This document shows positions 53,411 through 64,000 of a stretch of DNA of 64,000 bases, in pieces (position 1 is the first letter of the stretch; every line of letters begins with the position of its first letter). Below the pieces are notes generated by a model that searched no databases, was not told the origin of the DNA, and saw only the letters and a list, made by a program, of their open reading frames with translations. Made by a program: the position numbers and the translations under genes. Where the stretch lies: contig NC_043009.1 in assembly GCF_006345805.1 (NCBI RefSeq), positions 36,022,001 to 36,086,000 of the forward strand, in the 5' to 3' direction. Source of the DNA: Octopus sinensis (Eukaryota).

Positions 53411-53934
53411 TAATTGTCGAACCCTGACAGACTTCCATTATGTGTGTGGTGTGTGTGTGTGTGTGGAAAAAGTCAAGGTTTACGCTTGTGGGTTTGAGAG
53501 CATTGTGAATTCTTGGCAGGGAAGAAGAAGGAGAAGAAGAAGAAGAGAAGAAGAAGAAGAAGAAGAAGAAGAAGAAGAAGAAGAAGAGAAGAAGAAGAAA
53601 GAAGAAGAAGAAGAAGAAGAAGAAGAAAATAATGTGCGAGTGCTATGATAGTAGCAGGATGTTAAATGGTCAAGTGCCCTGAAAGTGACTTGTTGTGGAT
53701 GGTAGTAGTGATTGAATTATTGAGATATCTCTTTTGAATGTATTGTTTATAATATTTGCGTAGGTGTTATTATAAACAGCAGTAGTAGTAAAGTAAGGAA
53801 GGTGGTGGCGGAGAGGAAGAAGAAGACGAAGAAGGAGACAGAAAAGTGGATCGTTGTGGATTATAGCAGTGACTGTTTTTAATGAATTCCTGGGTATCTC
53901 TTTTTAATGTATAATTTCTAATATTTGCGTGTAT

Positions 53935-54300
53935 GTTTATTCTAATATCGTGGTGGATATGTCAGTTGTTGTGGATGCGTTCAAAGGGAGTCTGTATTTT
54001 GAAATAAAGAGGGACTCTTTACTAATTTGTTGGCTACATGTATCGTCTCTGAATTGATAAAGGGGGAAAATTCTAAAGCTTGGATTTTTGTTATTGGCGC
54101 AAATGTCGATGTGTTGGCTGAATGCTATTTTTCTGTTTTTTGGAATTTTGAACTGGGTTCTGTGCAGAGCCATCCTTTGACGTAGACTGTTTTTGTTTGG
54201 CCTATATATTGCTCTTGACACCCAGAGCAGGTTAGTGTGTATATCAGGTTCTCCGAAACACGTGAAACTGCTTTTCACTGTGAGAACACTGATCCCTCAA
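53935..54300 (-). mobile_element. Penelope-like GIY-YIG endonuclease C-terminal remnant
   Basis: NSLRQRMALHRTQFK..FSQHIDICA..FRIFPLYQ..KESLFISKY. Confidence 0.75.
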
Positions 54301-54341
54301 TTAAATTGACACATATCCCACAGTCGGGTCTTCCATATATA

Positions 54342-54379
<38 letters not shown>

Positions 54380-54461
54380 ACTCGTGTGTTCCTTTTCAAC
54401 ACCTTCTACACACACACACACACAAGCGCGCGCGCGCGCACACACACACACACACATACAT

Positions 54462-54514
<53 letters not shown>

Positions 54515-54519
<5 letters not shown>

Positions 54520-57500
54520 CTTTGATCACTTCACTTTGGCCGACCAGTCCGTCAGGCCTCCATTTGACACCGCTGGTCACAGCACGCTGTCCACTCCTCT
54601 CTGGATCGCGCCTCTCTCATCCACGTGATCCCAATCGTCCTCTTGAAATCGTAACTCCACCGTCGTGGAGGTCTTCCGGGTGGTCTTTTCCGCTCAAGCG
54701 GGTACCACTCGACAATTGCTTGCGTCCACCGATTATCGGTGAGCCGGGCGACGTGTCCAGCCCATCTATACTTGCTGCGAGTAAACTCTGCGATGACATC
54801 TCTCACGCCGGTTTTCTTTCTGATGATGTTGCTATTTATGTGCTCTCTCAATGAGATACCAAGCATTGACCTTTCCATGGCTCTTTGAGCCGTTATCAGT
54901 CTTTGCTCTTCTCTCTTTGTGGTAGCCCATGTTTCACTACCATATAACATTGCAGGCAGAACTGCACTGTTAATGAGGTTGGCGCGGGTGGTCCTGTCCA
55001 ACCTTCCCTTGAGCACATCTCTTATGCCATTGAATGCCTTCCATCCGGCCCTTACTCTCCGTGAGATCACCTTTTTGATATCCCGGCACATATTTACTTC
55101 CTGTCCCAGGTAGACATATTCTCTCACCTCCTCTATTTCATCACTGCCGATCACCATTCGACCTGTTGGTACGTTGTCTGACCGCATGAACTTTGTTTTC
55201 ATGCGGTTCATCTTGAGACCTACTGCAGAACTTTTGATGTCGAGCTCCGTCAGCATGGTCTGAAGCTGATCCATGTTTTCAGCGATGAGTACGATGTCGT
55301 CAGCGAAACGGAGGTGAGTGAGGAGCTCGCCATTGATGTTGACACCACCTTGCCATTCGATGCCTCGGATGATCTGTTCGAGACATGCAGTGAAAAGTTT
55401 TGAGGAGATTGTATCTCCTTGCCTCACTCCCTTCTCGACCGGCACTCGTATGGGTGATGACAGTAGAGCTATGTCGGTGGTGCATCCGGAATTTGCCTCT
55501 CTGAGCAACTGCACATATTGCGCTTCGATTCCTTGCCTCTGCAGCGAGTTCAGCACTGCGTTGGTTTCGACGCTATCGAAGGCCTTCTCATAATCTATAA
55601 ACGCAACGCAAAGAGGCAGCTTGAAATCATTTGCTCGCTCAAGCAGTTGCGTTAGAGCAAATATATGGTCCATTGTGCTGTAGTTCTTCCGGAAGCCTGC
55701 TTGCTCCCTCGGTTGTTGTTCGTCGAGACGACGTGACAACCTGTTCAGAATTATCTTCGTGAACAGCTTGTACACGTGAGACAGCAGGCATATGGGTCGG
55801 TAGTTCTTTAGATCTTCTCTGTCGCCCTTCTTATACAGCAGGATGGTATTTGACTCTTTCCACTGCGAGGGAATTCTTCCCTCGTGTAGATAGTGCGTAA
55901 ATCGCTCAGCGAAGATTTTCCAGAAATGCTCTCTGCCTGACTTTAGCACCTCCGATGTTATACCGTCTTTCCCTGGAGCCTTTCCGTTTTTCATCGAGCC
56001 GATGGCTCTTTCAACCTCACTGACAAGGATAGGTGGCACGTTTTCTTCCTGTTGGAGTGGTGGTAACGGCTGGACATTTCTGGTAGACTTAAAGAGCTTG
56101 GTGTAGAAGTCTTCACAAACTTTTTCCATCTCGCTCATCTCGTTGACCGGTATTCCATCTGTATTTTTCAGAGCCGTCACCTCCGATCTATATAGTACCA
56201 TGTCCCTCTTGCATTTCTTGAGGCTCTTCTTTTCCTCTGCGGCCTTTAAGAGCTTCTCCATCCGGTATGCCTCAAAGTCTTTCTTTAGTTGCTGACGGAT
56301 CACTCTGCTGAGAATGGAATATTCAAGGTAATCTTCAATAGTCCTCTTCATATTTTTCCTCTTCTCGAGTAACTTCGTAGTTTCTTCCGAGAGTCTTCCC
56401 TTCTTTTCTCTTGGGCATACACCCTTAGCCTTCCTTAAACACTCCTTCAGTTTCCCTATCAGTGAGTTGTAGTCATCGTCTATGTCGTCTCCTTGGCACC
56501 AGTCATCCTGCAAGATGGCTTCCTGCAGCTTTGCCTCGTTGTAGACTCGGACACGTTTTCCCTTCGACGCCAAATATAACGTCATCTTCTCCCTCTTCTC
56601 GTCGATGACGACCCTCGCCCTTACCAGACGATGATCGCTGCTGGTGTTGAATGGCGTCACGACGGAGACGTCATGCAATATGCGTCGCTTATCAACCAGG
56701 ATGTAGTCGATCTCGCTTCGGTGCTTAGAGTTCGGCGATATCCAAGTCCATCTCTTCCTCTCCCTCTTCCTGAATAGGCTGTTTCCGATGTAGAGCTGCC
56801 TCGCCTCTGCCATGGTAGCCAAACGTTCTCCTCTCTCGTTTCTCTCTCCCATGCCAAATCTCCCGACGTATTCCTCTCCTTGTCGTCCATGTCCAACCTT
56901 TGCGTTAAAGTCTCCCATCACGACAGCGTAAGTGGACTTCATAGCCAACCCTTTGTCTAGTTGTCGATAGAATTCTTCCACCTCGTCGTCGTCGCTGGCA
57001 CTTGTGGGGGCATAGGTCTGGACAATCTTGAGGGTGGCCTTCCCTGAGAGGTTCACATTTAGTACACCAATCCGTGATGATATGAAGTGGCAAGAAGCGA
57101 CCCTCGAAGCCCATTCCTTACTTACGATGAATCCGATACCTCCGACCGATCTAGCACCTTCTGCTCTTCCTAATCTCACAATACATCCATCTTGCCATCG
57201 TATACTCACTTCCTTCTTCCAGCGTGTCTCGCACAGCCCTAACACGTCGCACTTGATCTTCTTCCTCTCCTCCATTAGGTGGTTCAGTTCTTGCCACCCT
57301 GCCATAGACCTGCAGTTGTAGGTGCATATGGCAAGTTTAGTCCTGTTCCATGACGGCTTTCGGGAACCTGTGATTCTTAGCAGCCTCTCATCGCTCGAGT
57401 TGCACTCCGCCGTCATGGAGTGGCCCGATTGACGTGCAGGGTACTGAGGCCCTTTTCCTTTTCTCTTCGTTCTTCGTGCTGTTTTAGCCATAAGATGACG

Positions 57501-57731
57501 CCATCCCACTGGCTGGGCGGGCAGGCCGGTATTTTGTTGGATGGCCGTTCACTCTTCAGGAGTTCATCCGTTCTTTGTTGGGTCTTATTTTTCCATCCCA
57601 CAGGGAGTTCAACAGCACCCTCCTCACCAAGTGAACCTGGTAGGGTTGTCAGTTTAGTTGCCGACGTCCCGACCATGCAACAGGTTGTACTGGATTACAT
57701 GTTACCAGTAGCACTCTAGAGCGACCTGACA
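54515..57731 (-). mobile_element. Full-length RTE LINE inserted in a (TA)n tract
   Basis: About 220-bp 5' UTR, single ORF, short 3' UTR ending in AAGTG-type repeats (AAGTGAAGTGATCAAAGTGATG). (TA)n on both sides. Visibly more GC-rich than the flanks. Confidence 0.93.
54552..57509 (-). CDS. RTE-clade LINE ORF, 985 aa: apurinic-like endonuclease + reverse transcriptase, uninterrupted
   Basis: APE motifs TYNCRS, LGLCETR, QTYAPT, VMGDFNAKVG, IDYIL, SDHRLV. RT motifs APGKDGI, NYRPICLLS, EQAGFR, FIDYEKAFDSV, GVRQGD, LRFADD, YVYLG. RTE-type C-terminus WAGHVAR..DNRW...GRPPRRW. Confidence 0.97.
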   Translation of the reverse strand: MGWRHLMAKTARRTKRKGKGPQYPARQSGHSMTAECNSSDERLLRITGSRKPSWNRTKLAICTYNCRSMAGWQELNHLMEERKKIKCDVLGLCETRWKKEVSIRWQDGCIVRLGRAEGARSVGGIGFIVSKEWASRVASCHFISSRIGVLNVNLSGKATLKIVQTYAPTSASDDDEVEEFYRQLDKGLAMKSTYAVVMGDFNAKVGHGRQGEEYVGRFGMGERNERGERLATMAEARQLYIGNSLFRKRERKRWTWISPNSKHRSEIDYILVDKRRILHDVSVVTPFNTSSDHRLVRARVVIDEKREKMTLYLASKGKRVRVYNEAKLQEAILQDDWCQGDDIDDDYNSLIGKLKECLRKAKGVCPREKKGRLSEETTKLLEKRKNMKRTIEDYLEYSILSRVIRQQLKKDFEAYRMEKLLKAAEEKKSLKKCKRDMVLYRSEVTALKNTDGIPVNEMSEMEKVCEDFYTKLFKSTRNVQPLPPLQQEENVPPILVSEVERAIGSMKNGKAPGKDGITSEVLKSGREHFWKIFAERFTHYLHEGRIPSQWKESNTILLYKKGDREDLKNYRPICLLSHVYKLFTKIILNRLSRRLDEQQPREQAGFRKNYSTMDHIFALTQLLERANDFKLPLCVAFIDYEKAFDSVETNAVLNSLQRQGIEAQYVQLLREANSGCTTDIALLSSPIRVPVEKGVRQGDTISSKLFTACLEQIIRGIEWQGGVNINGELLTHLRFADDIVLIAENMDQLQTMLTELDIKSSAVGLKMNRMKTKFMRSDNVPTGRMVIGSDEIEEVREYVYLGQEVNMCRDIKKVISRRVRAGWKAFNGIRDVLKGRLDRTTRANLINSAVLPAMLYGSETWATTKREEQRLITAQRAMERSMLGISLREHINSNIIRKKTGVRDVIAEFTRSKYRWAGHVARLTDNRWTQAIVEWYPLERKRPPGRPPRRWSYDFKRTIGITWMREARSREEWTACCDQRCQMEA

Positions 57732-57738
57732 TAAATAT

Positions 57739-57801
<63 letters not shown>

Positions 57802-58149
57802 CATACATATGTATATATATATCGTTTACGTCATTACTTCAACCTCCGAAATTTTCTATCCAAAACAGTTTTTTAACTCAATTTTTACATGCTATTATTT
57901 AGTTTTATCCACTTTGAAGCAAATGTGCGCGTGTGTGTTTGTGAGAGAGAGAGTGAGAGAGAGAGAGAGGGACAGAGAGAGCGTGCGTGTGTGTATTAGG
58001 TGCGAAAGCAAATCAGTGAAGTGTCGAACACGTATCTTGTGTTACTTAATTACATCCCTTTACTCTCAGATTAACTTCGCCTCTTTCTTCCCAGCTCGAT
58101 ACAGTAAGCACCAAAGTTTATAGAATCGAACGTAACTGGTGCTATACTA

Positions 58150-58950
58150 GAACTGCTTCTACTTAATAACTGAAACCAGTGAAAGAATGAACAGAGAAAA
58201 TTATTATTTCTCTGCACCCAACTTGTTCACGCTTTTGTGATAGGCATGACCACGTAATTCCAGTTTGCATTCTCTAGATTAAAAAGATTTTGCTGTTTGT
58301 TTGCAAGAAGATGAATCATCTTATGATTTAAATAACCTGTGAATAAAATAACTCTGGTTATTAAACAACAGTTCAAATAAATTTAACTCAACATCAATTA
58401 TTTATAGCTTCAACAAACGAACTTCATTTTACGATAATATTGCGTGAAACACTTCCAACAATTTTCTCTAACGCCATGAAAATATTCAACTGCTAGCTGA
58501 AACTGTCAAAGTTATTAAAGAATACATTACTATTCCTTTTGATGATGTTCTGGAAAATCGAATATGTTTTGATGATAAAACTAAATATGATGCAAGAGAA
58601 TTTCCTCCATGATTTATAAAGTTGTATTTAATACTATGATTCAAATATTTTCTTTTGATATTTCATATACTGAACAACTTCTTGAAGTATTGCAACATAA
58701 ATCTATGGCTGTCATTTTAGTTTTATTATTGTTGAAGGAATTCTTGCTAAAGCCCTAGAAATAGGGGAAGTTGCTTTTGATGATATTTGGAGTTTGATGG
58801 GAAAAACAGTTAGTGATTTTCCTTCCGGAATAAGAGCCAAGAATGAAGTTCGAAAAAGCCCGCCATTTACCGAATGTATGATGAATATGTGCTTCGCCGA
58901 GGGGAGAAGATGTCTGTTTGGCTTCGCTAGGTATGTTGGTTATGTTTATT
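58150..58950 (-). mobile_element. Probable very decayed Penelope-like RT C-terminal region
   Basis: ..SYLVLSSKH..KGIV..ELNLFELLFNNQSYFIHRLFK resembles the PLE thumb (EL..I...L..NGYP..FI). Confidence 0.45.
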
Positions 58951-58969
58951 TATGATGTGTTCAGAATCT

Positions 58970-59033
58970 GTTCTACTGATGAACAAAAGACGTATTTAAT
59001 ACGTTAATTGCGAAATCACAGGTGATATAGAAC
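58970..59033 (+). ncRNA. Type I hammerhead ribozyme, monomer-competent
   Basis: GUUCUA CUGAUGA A CAA aag ACGUAU uua AUACGU uaa UUG C GAAA UCAC ag GUGA UA^ UAGAAC. Confidence 0.85.
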
Positions 59034-59307
59034 TAAATTCAGTTTTTTAAATGTCTTGCTTCGAGAGCTGCATTCGGTATGATTAGTTAAATTTTGGTAG
59101 TAATGACTTATGTCCCTCTTAGCGTGTGGCATTTATGTGTAATAATGCCCTCTATACAATATAAATAAATATTTTCAAGTGAAAAACTTATTTTCGGATT
59201 TTTTCTCTTATGAGGTTTTTCACGCTAACTACCTGATAATTTCTTGTTAAGATTCCTTATTAAGATTTTATCCTTAATTGTTAAATATATATATATATAT
59301 ATATATC

Positions 59308-59340
<33 letters not shown>

Positions 59341-59344
59341 ATAT

Positions 59345-59464
<120 letters not shown>

Positions 59465-59975
59465 TGAGAGAATAGACATAGAAGCTCACACACGCATACA
59501 TATATGTACTAAATCAGAAGCAATAATTAAAGTTTAATTAAACCGAAATTTAAGCACACAAATTACTGGTGACATGGTTAATATTACTTCCACAACTGCA
59601 CTGCCGCAGCAGCCGCAGCAGCAGTAGCCGCAGCAGCAGCATCACAACAATCGCTACCACCACCATTACCATTATAACTGCTACCACCTACATCACTACC
59701 TCTATCAACACCAACAACTTCACCACGACTACCACCACTGATAAGATATATCAAATGCACATGAAGAAATCAACAACATAAATAAAAGAAGAAAAATCAT
59801 GAAAATAAATAAGAATGTCAGCTGGTAAATATCGCCATATTGTTTTGGCATATAATACTGCAATTGTCTTATAAACTAGAGATTTTTCATTTTTCTTGTT
59901 TTAGCCGCAGGTAAACATTTCAATCAATAGATTACGTATGGAATCTAATATGTTTTGAAGGTTGATCTATATATG

Positions 59976-60044
<69 letters not shown>

Positions 60045-60309
60045 AGATACATATATATACATATATATATATGGAGATACTATATATACATATATATATA
60101 CACATATATATGCATACATAAATACATATATATATGAACACGCACACACACACACACACATGCATGCACATTTCAATGCATACATATACATAACATGCGC
60201 TAATACACATAAACATATTTACTTATATAGAAATTTATGCATACGTTTTGATTGCGTCTTTTTTTTTTATATTTTTTACAGTTATATGGATAAATGTTTA
60301 TATATACAT

Positions 60310-60356
<47 letters not shown>

Positions 60357-61037
60357 GAGAGAGAGAGGCACTCATATATATGCGTGTGTATGTGTATATG
60401 TAGCTCTAAATGCTTATATAGTTATTCCTACCTACGTAAATGCACACATATAAATATAAATATAAAAACACACAGACAAACTCACAGTCACATATTTTTT
60501 TACATTTACCACACAATATCGTACACCAATCTATGTTTTTCGGTAAAATATAAAAAATAAAACCAAGCAACAACAACCAAGTGTAAAAAAAGAAGCAATC
60601 CACCATTATATCTCAGTAACTTAACAAACAACATATGTTTTAAATTATGTCTTATTTTCGGCGTTTCATTTTTGTGAATATTTTGTCACAGTTGTATTTA
60701 GTTTATTCATATCATCATTCTATTTGCCATTATTTTCACTTCAATTAATCTTGTAGAAAGAAACAATGTTGAAGTTTTAACCCTTTAACACCTGACATTT
60801 ATATCTGATGAACCCAACATAACTACTGTACGATATACAGCTGTTGATAATTTATGTATTTTGTATCGCAAATTGTGAACAACGGTGTCTTTGCTTACTG
60901 GTTTTTTGATGGACCAAATACGGGTTCGCTGAATTGTGCCGTTATATGAGTGAAAAATGAGAGTGAGCAATTCAGACGGAAGAAATATTTTGTTCGAAAT
61001 ACTCGTCTTTTTATTACAGGTAACAGAATTCCCAGTG

Positions 61038-61193
61038 TTTGTAAATATGTGGTTGAGCTGGTGTGTTAGTTGAACTGTCCATACATTATGTGCGCATGCA
61101 TATATATGTATGTACATACATACATATACATGCATGCACACATAATTCATGGACAGTTCAACCAACTTCCCAGCTCAACAACATATTTACAAA
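61038..61193. repeat. 156-bp imperfect hairpin (MITE-like) with a microsatellite core
   Basis: TTTGTAAATATGT.GTTGAGCTGG..GTTGAACTGTCCAT mirrored by ATGGACAGTTCAAC..CCAGCTCAAC.ACATATTTACAAA. Confidence 0.75.
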
Positions 61194-62058
61194 TTCTTTT
61201 AACTCAGAAAGTCTTGTCTCTTTGTTAGCAACCGGCTTGATCTCTCTGAAGGACTTAAATAGAACTCAAAGAAAAATCATACTTACATACATAATACATA
61301 CATACATACATACATACATACATACATACATACATACATACATACTTATAAAAGTAAGCGTATACACATCCACTCATCAATGGCGATTCTTGGTCCTTAA
61401 ACTAGAGCATATAACAGTAAAAAGTCAAAATCATATCAATGTCAAATCAGATTTACATTCATGTTCTTATGTTTATGCAACATCAAAACACCTTGCATCA
61501 CTTGGCGATCATTTATTGATGAGTTAAATAAAGGCTTAACCAAAAAATATATTATTGTGTCTGGGGAGAGTCATTCTCTTTTAGTGCCTCATTAATCTAA
61601 CATATTCACTCACAGGCCCGATTTCCATTCATTTACTTATTTAGTTTTTTATGGTGGTAAAAGATTGGAAAGAATTAACATAGTGAAAGTGTGGAACAGG
61701 AATAGGACTTTGTTGCCATTGTTTACACAAAATACTGAGTTTCTTAAAGAACGCTAAGGGACATGGTGCTTCAAATAAGTTTGCAGAGATATTTCTTTAT
61801 GTTCTGCTATTCTACAGATTTTAAAATCATAATAAAATAGTTTATAAAGCAAAAAAATGTTCTTAAATTGATTTAGCGCATTTATCAGATTATCTTTTTC
61901 GAAGATTTGTGTTTTTCAAAATATATTGTGCCTGCTTCAACAAAGAATAGCAGAGCGATTGTTAATAGTCACATCAGCATAGATTTTTGCACCTGAAAGC
62001 ATATTTAGCACAAATGAAAACAAAATATCAATTAATGAACCTTTCTAACTTGAATTAT

Positions 62059-62458
62059 TTACTCTCTATTACTCTTTTACTTGTTTCAGTCACTTGACTG
62101 CGACCATGCTGGAGCACCGCCTTTAGTCGAGCAAATCGACCCCAGGACTTATTCTTTGTAAGCCCATTACTTATTCTATCGGTCTCTTTTGCCGAACCGC
62201 TAAGTGACGGCGACGTAAACACACCAGCATCGGTTGTCAAGCAATGCTAGGGGGACAAACACAGACACACATATATATATATACATACATATATACGACA
62301 GGCTTCTTTCAGTTTCCGTCTACCAAATCCACTCACAAGGCATTGGTCGGCCCGGGGCTATAACAGAAGACACTTGCCCAAGATGCCACGCAGTGGGACT
62401 GAACCCGGAACCATGTGGTTGGTTAGCAAGCTACTTACCACACAGCCACTCCTGCGCT
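62059..62458 (-). mobile_element. SINE family A copy
   Basis: Same family; partial copies also at about 49903-50005 and 50599-50738. Confidence 0.85.
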
Positions 62459-62846
62459 TATTTACAAATAATTTTGGATTAAAACATTTAAAGAAACATT
62501 TAGTAGACATCTATTTATAAGAAACTTAAATGTTTACTTACATCGGAAATATTTATTTCAAGCATTTTCCTATAAAGAACTGTTTATGACACTTCCTATT
62601 CATACAATTGAAATCTTTCCTGTCGTATTTCAGCCTTTGGCTCTTGGCGACAAAAGATCAAAATCTGCAAAAACTTCAGTTTCATATTCTTCAAATATAT
62701 AAAACTGTGTAAAACAGGATTTTCTTCAAAAAAATATATCAACAGCACCAGGAAAAAAATAGGGCATAGATTGGTGGAAATTCCTGCAATCTATATTTCA
62801 TATTTTAAAAAAATTTGCAAAACCATATTTCGGTTATTTGTCTTGC

Positions 62847-62888
<42 letters not shown>

Positions 62889-63045
62889 GCGCGCGCGTGT
62901 GTGTGTGTGTGTGTGTACGCGCGTGTGTGTGTGTGTGTGTGTGAGAGCGTGTGTGTATGCTTGTTGTGCATGTGTGTTTATATGTATCTACTCATCTCTC
63001 TTTATTTATATGTATGTATATTTAAATATACGTATGTAATATTAA

Positions 63046-63086
<41 letters not shown>

Positions 63087-63483
63087 AATATAATATATAC
63101 CTGCTAACGAAGAAGCTTAATACGGATCCCTAACTCTAACCTATGCTGTGAACTTGAAGCCTAACATATGATCAACTATAGCACTTACTGAACGTACCTA
63201 TTCGTTTAGATCACCAGTAAACATATTCTATATATATATATATATATATATATTAAGCAAAATATAAGAGTTTAAGCAATCATCTAAGGGATAGATATAT
63301 CCGTAGGCACTCCTGGTGTATTACCTTACTATGTATAGTCCTAGCTATAAGGTATACAGCAGTTAGTAATTTAAAGGTAAAATGTGGTTTAATATATATA
63401 GAGAAGAAAAGATTTGGAGCATCAATTAACAATGAGAAGTTGATCATTGGTATTAAAAAGTCATTATTTAATTGTATTTCGGG

Positions 63484-63566
63484 ACCATTTACAGCTGTTT
63501 CAGTTTATCAAATCGGAGTAAATTTACAGTTACCTCGTTACATTTAACAAACATCTTCAGAATGAT
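63484..63566 (-). ncRNA. Type I hammerhead ribozyme
   Basis: AUCAUU CUGAAGA U GUUUGUUAAAU..AUUUGAUAAAC U GAAAC AGCU GUA^ AAUGGU. Confidence 0.8.
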
Positions 63567-63599
63567 TTTAGAGGGTAATGAAAGGATAAGAAAGAGAAC

Positions 63600-63938
63600 T
63601 AGAGATTTCATTACCTTTGTGCGCTCAGGTCAGCGGATCCGTTTCAAGAAGAACAAGAAACTTCCTCTGAAAGAGGACAAGTGGAACGGCTATTCGGAGG
63701 TGATTACAGATTTGCCAGGGTGCCAGGGACTCTTTCTCATCCCAGTTGCGAAAAAAAACGGACATTTTAATGTGGTGTGAAGGAAAGGAAGTTGTAAATC
63801 TAGTCGAGTTAACGGTTCCTCATGGACGCCGCTCGGGCTCGAAAGATTGACTGTTAAGCTAATCTCCTAGAGGAATGTGAAGACGCAGGCTGGAAAGCGG
63901 AGAATTTTTCAATCGAAGTCGGGTGTAGAGGGTTTATT
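63600..63938 (+). mobile_element. Hero/NeSL-type RLE endonuclease fragment
   Basis: ..DILMWCEGKEVVNLVELTVPH..LLEECEDAGWKA..IEVGCRGFI. Interrupted by a SINE at about 63941. Confidence 0.7.
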
Positions 63939-64000
63939 GTGGAGGCGCAATGGCCCAGTGGTTAGGGCAGCGGACTCGCGGTCATAGGATCGCGGTTTCG

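Noticed and set aside
57510-57731. HDV-like ribozyme in the RTE 5' UTR (known for some RTEs)
   Set aside because: Several hairpins are visible (TGTCAG/CTGACA, TACTGG/CCAGTA, GTTGC/GCAAC), but I could not build the nested double pseudoknot by eye; an Infernal/RNArobo search is needed.

Overview
AT-rich, microsatellite-saturated eukaryotic non-coding DNA. I infer an octopus/cephalopod genome from the SINE families and repeat density. No host protein-coding gene could be supported, and most track ORFs are translated microsatellites. The window is a retroelement graveyard: one full-length RTE-clade LINE with an uninterrupted 985-aa APE+RT ORF (54552-57509, minus), decayed R4/Dong, Hero, RTE, CR1/L2 and L1/Tx1 pieces, at least six Penelope-like (RT or GIY-YIG) remnants, four SINE families, two non-autonomous Helitrons and a mariner remnant. 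The main unexplained signal is 15 candidate type I hammerhead ribozyme (HHR) motifs on both strands, found by eye. They have diverse sequences but covarying stems, mostly a self-complementary (dimer-type) stem III, often a non-canonical 10.1/11.1 pair, and usually lie shortly upstream of a (TA)n tract. Two large fold-back palindromes (12648-13145, 49191-49491) carry an HHR on each arm, i.e. in both polarities, and each lies just downstream of the same pLTR-like repeat family. One HHR has a compensated U3-A8 core. I infer a Penelope-associated, retrozyme-like layer of self-cleaving RNA cassettes. Activity is untested, and some palindromes may be long-read assembly artefacts.
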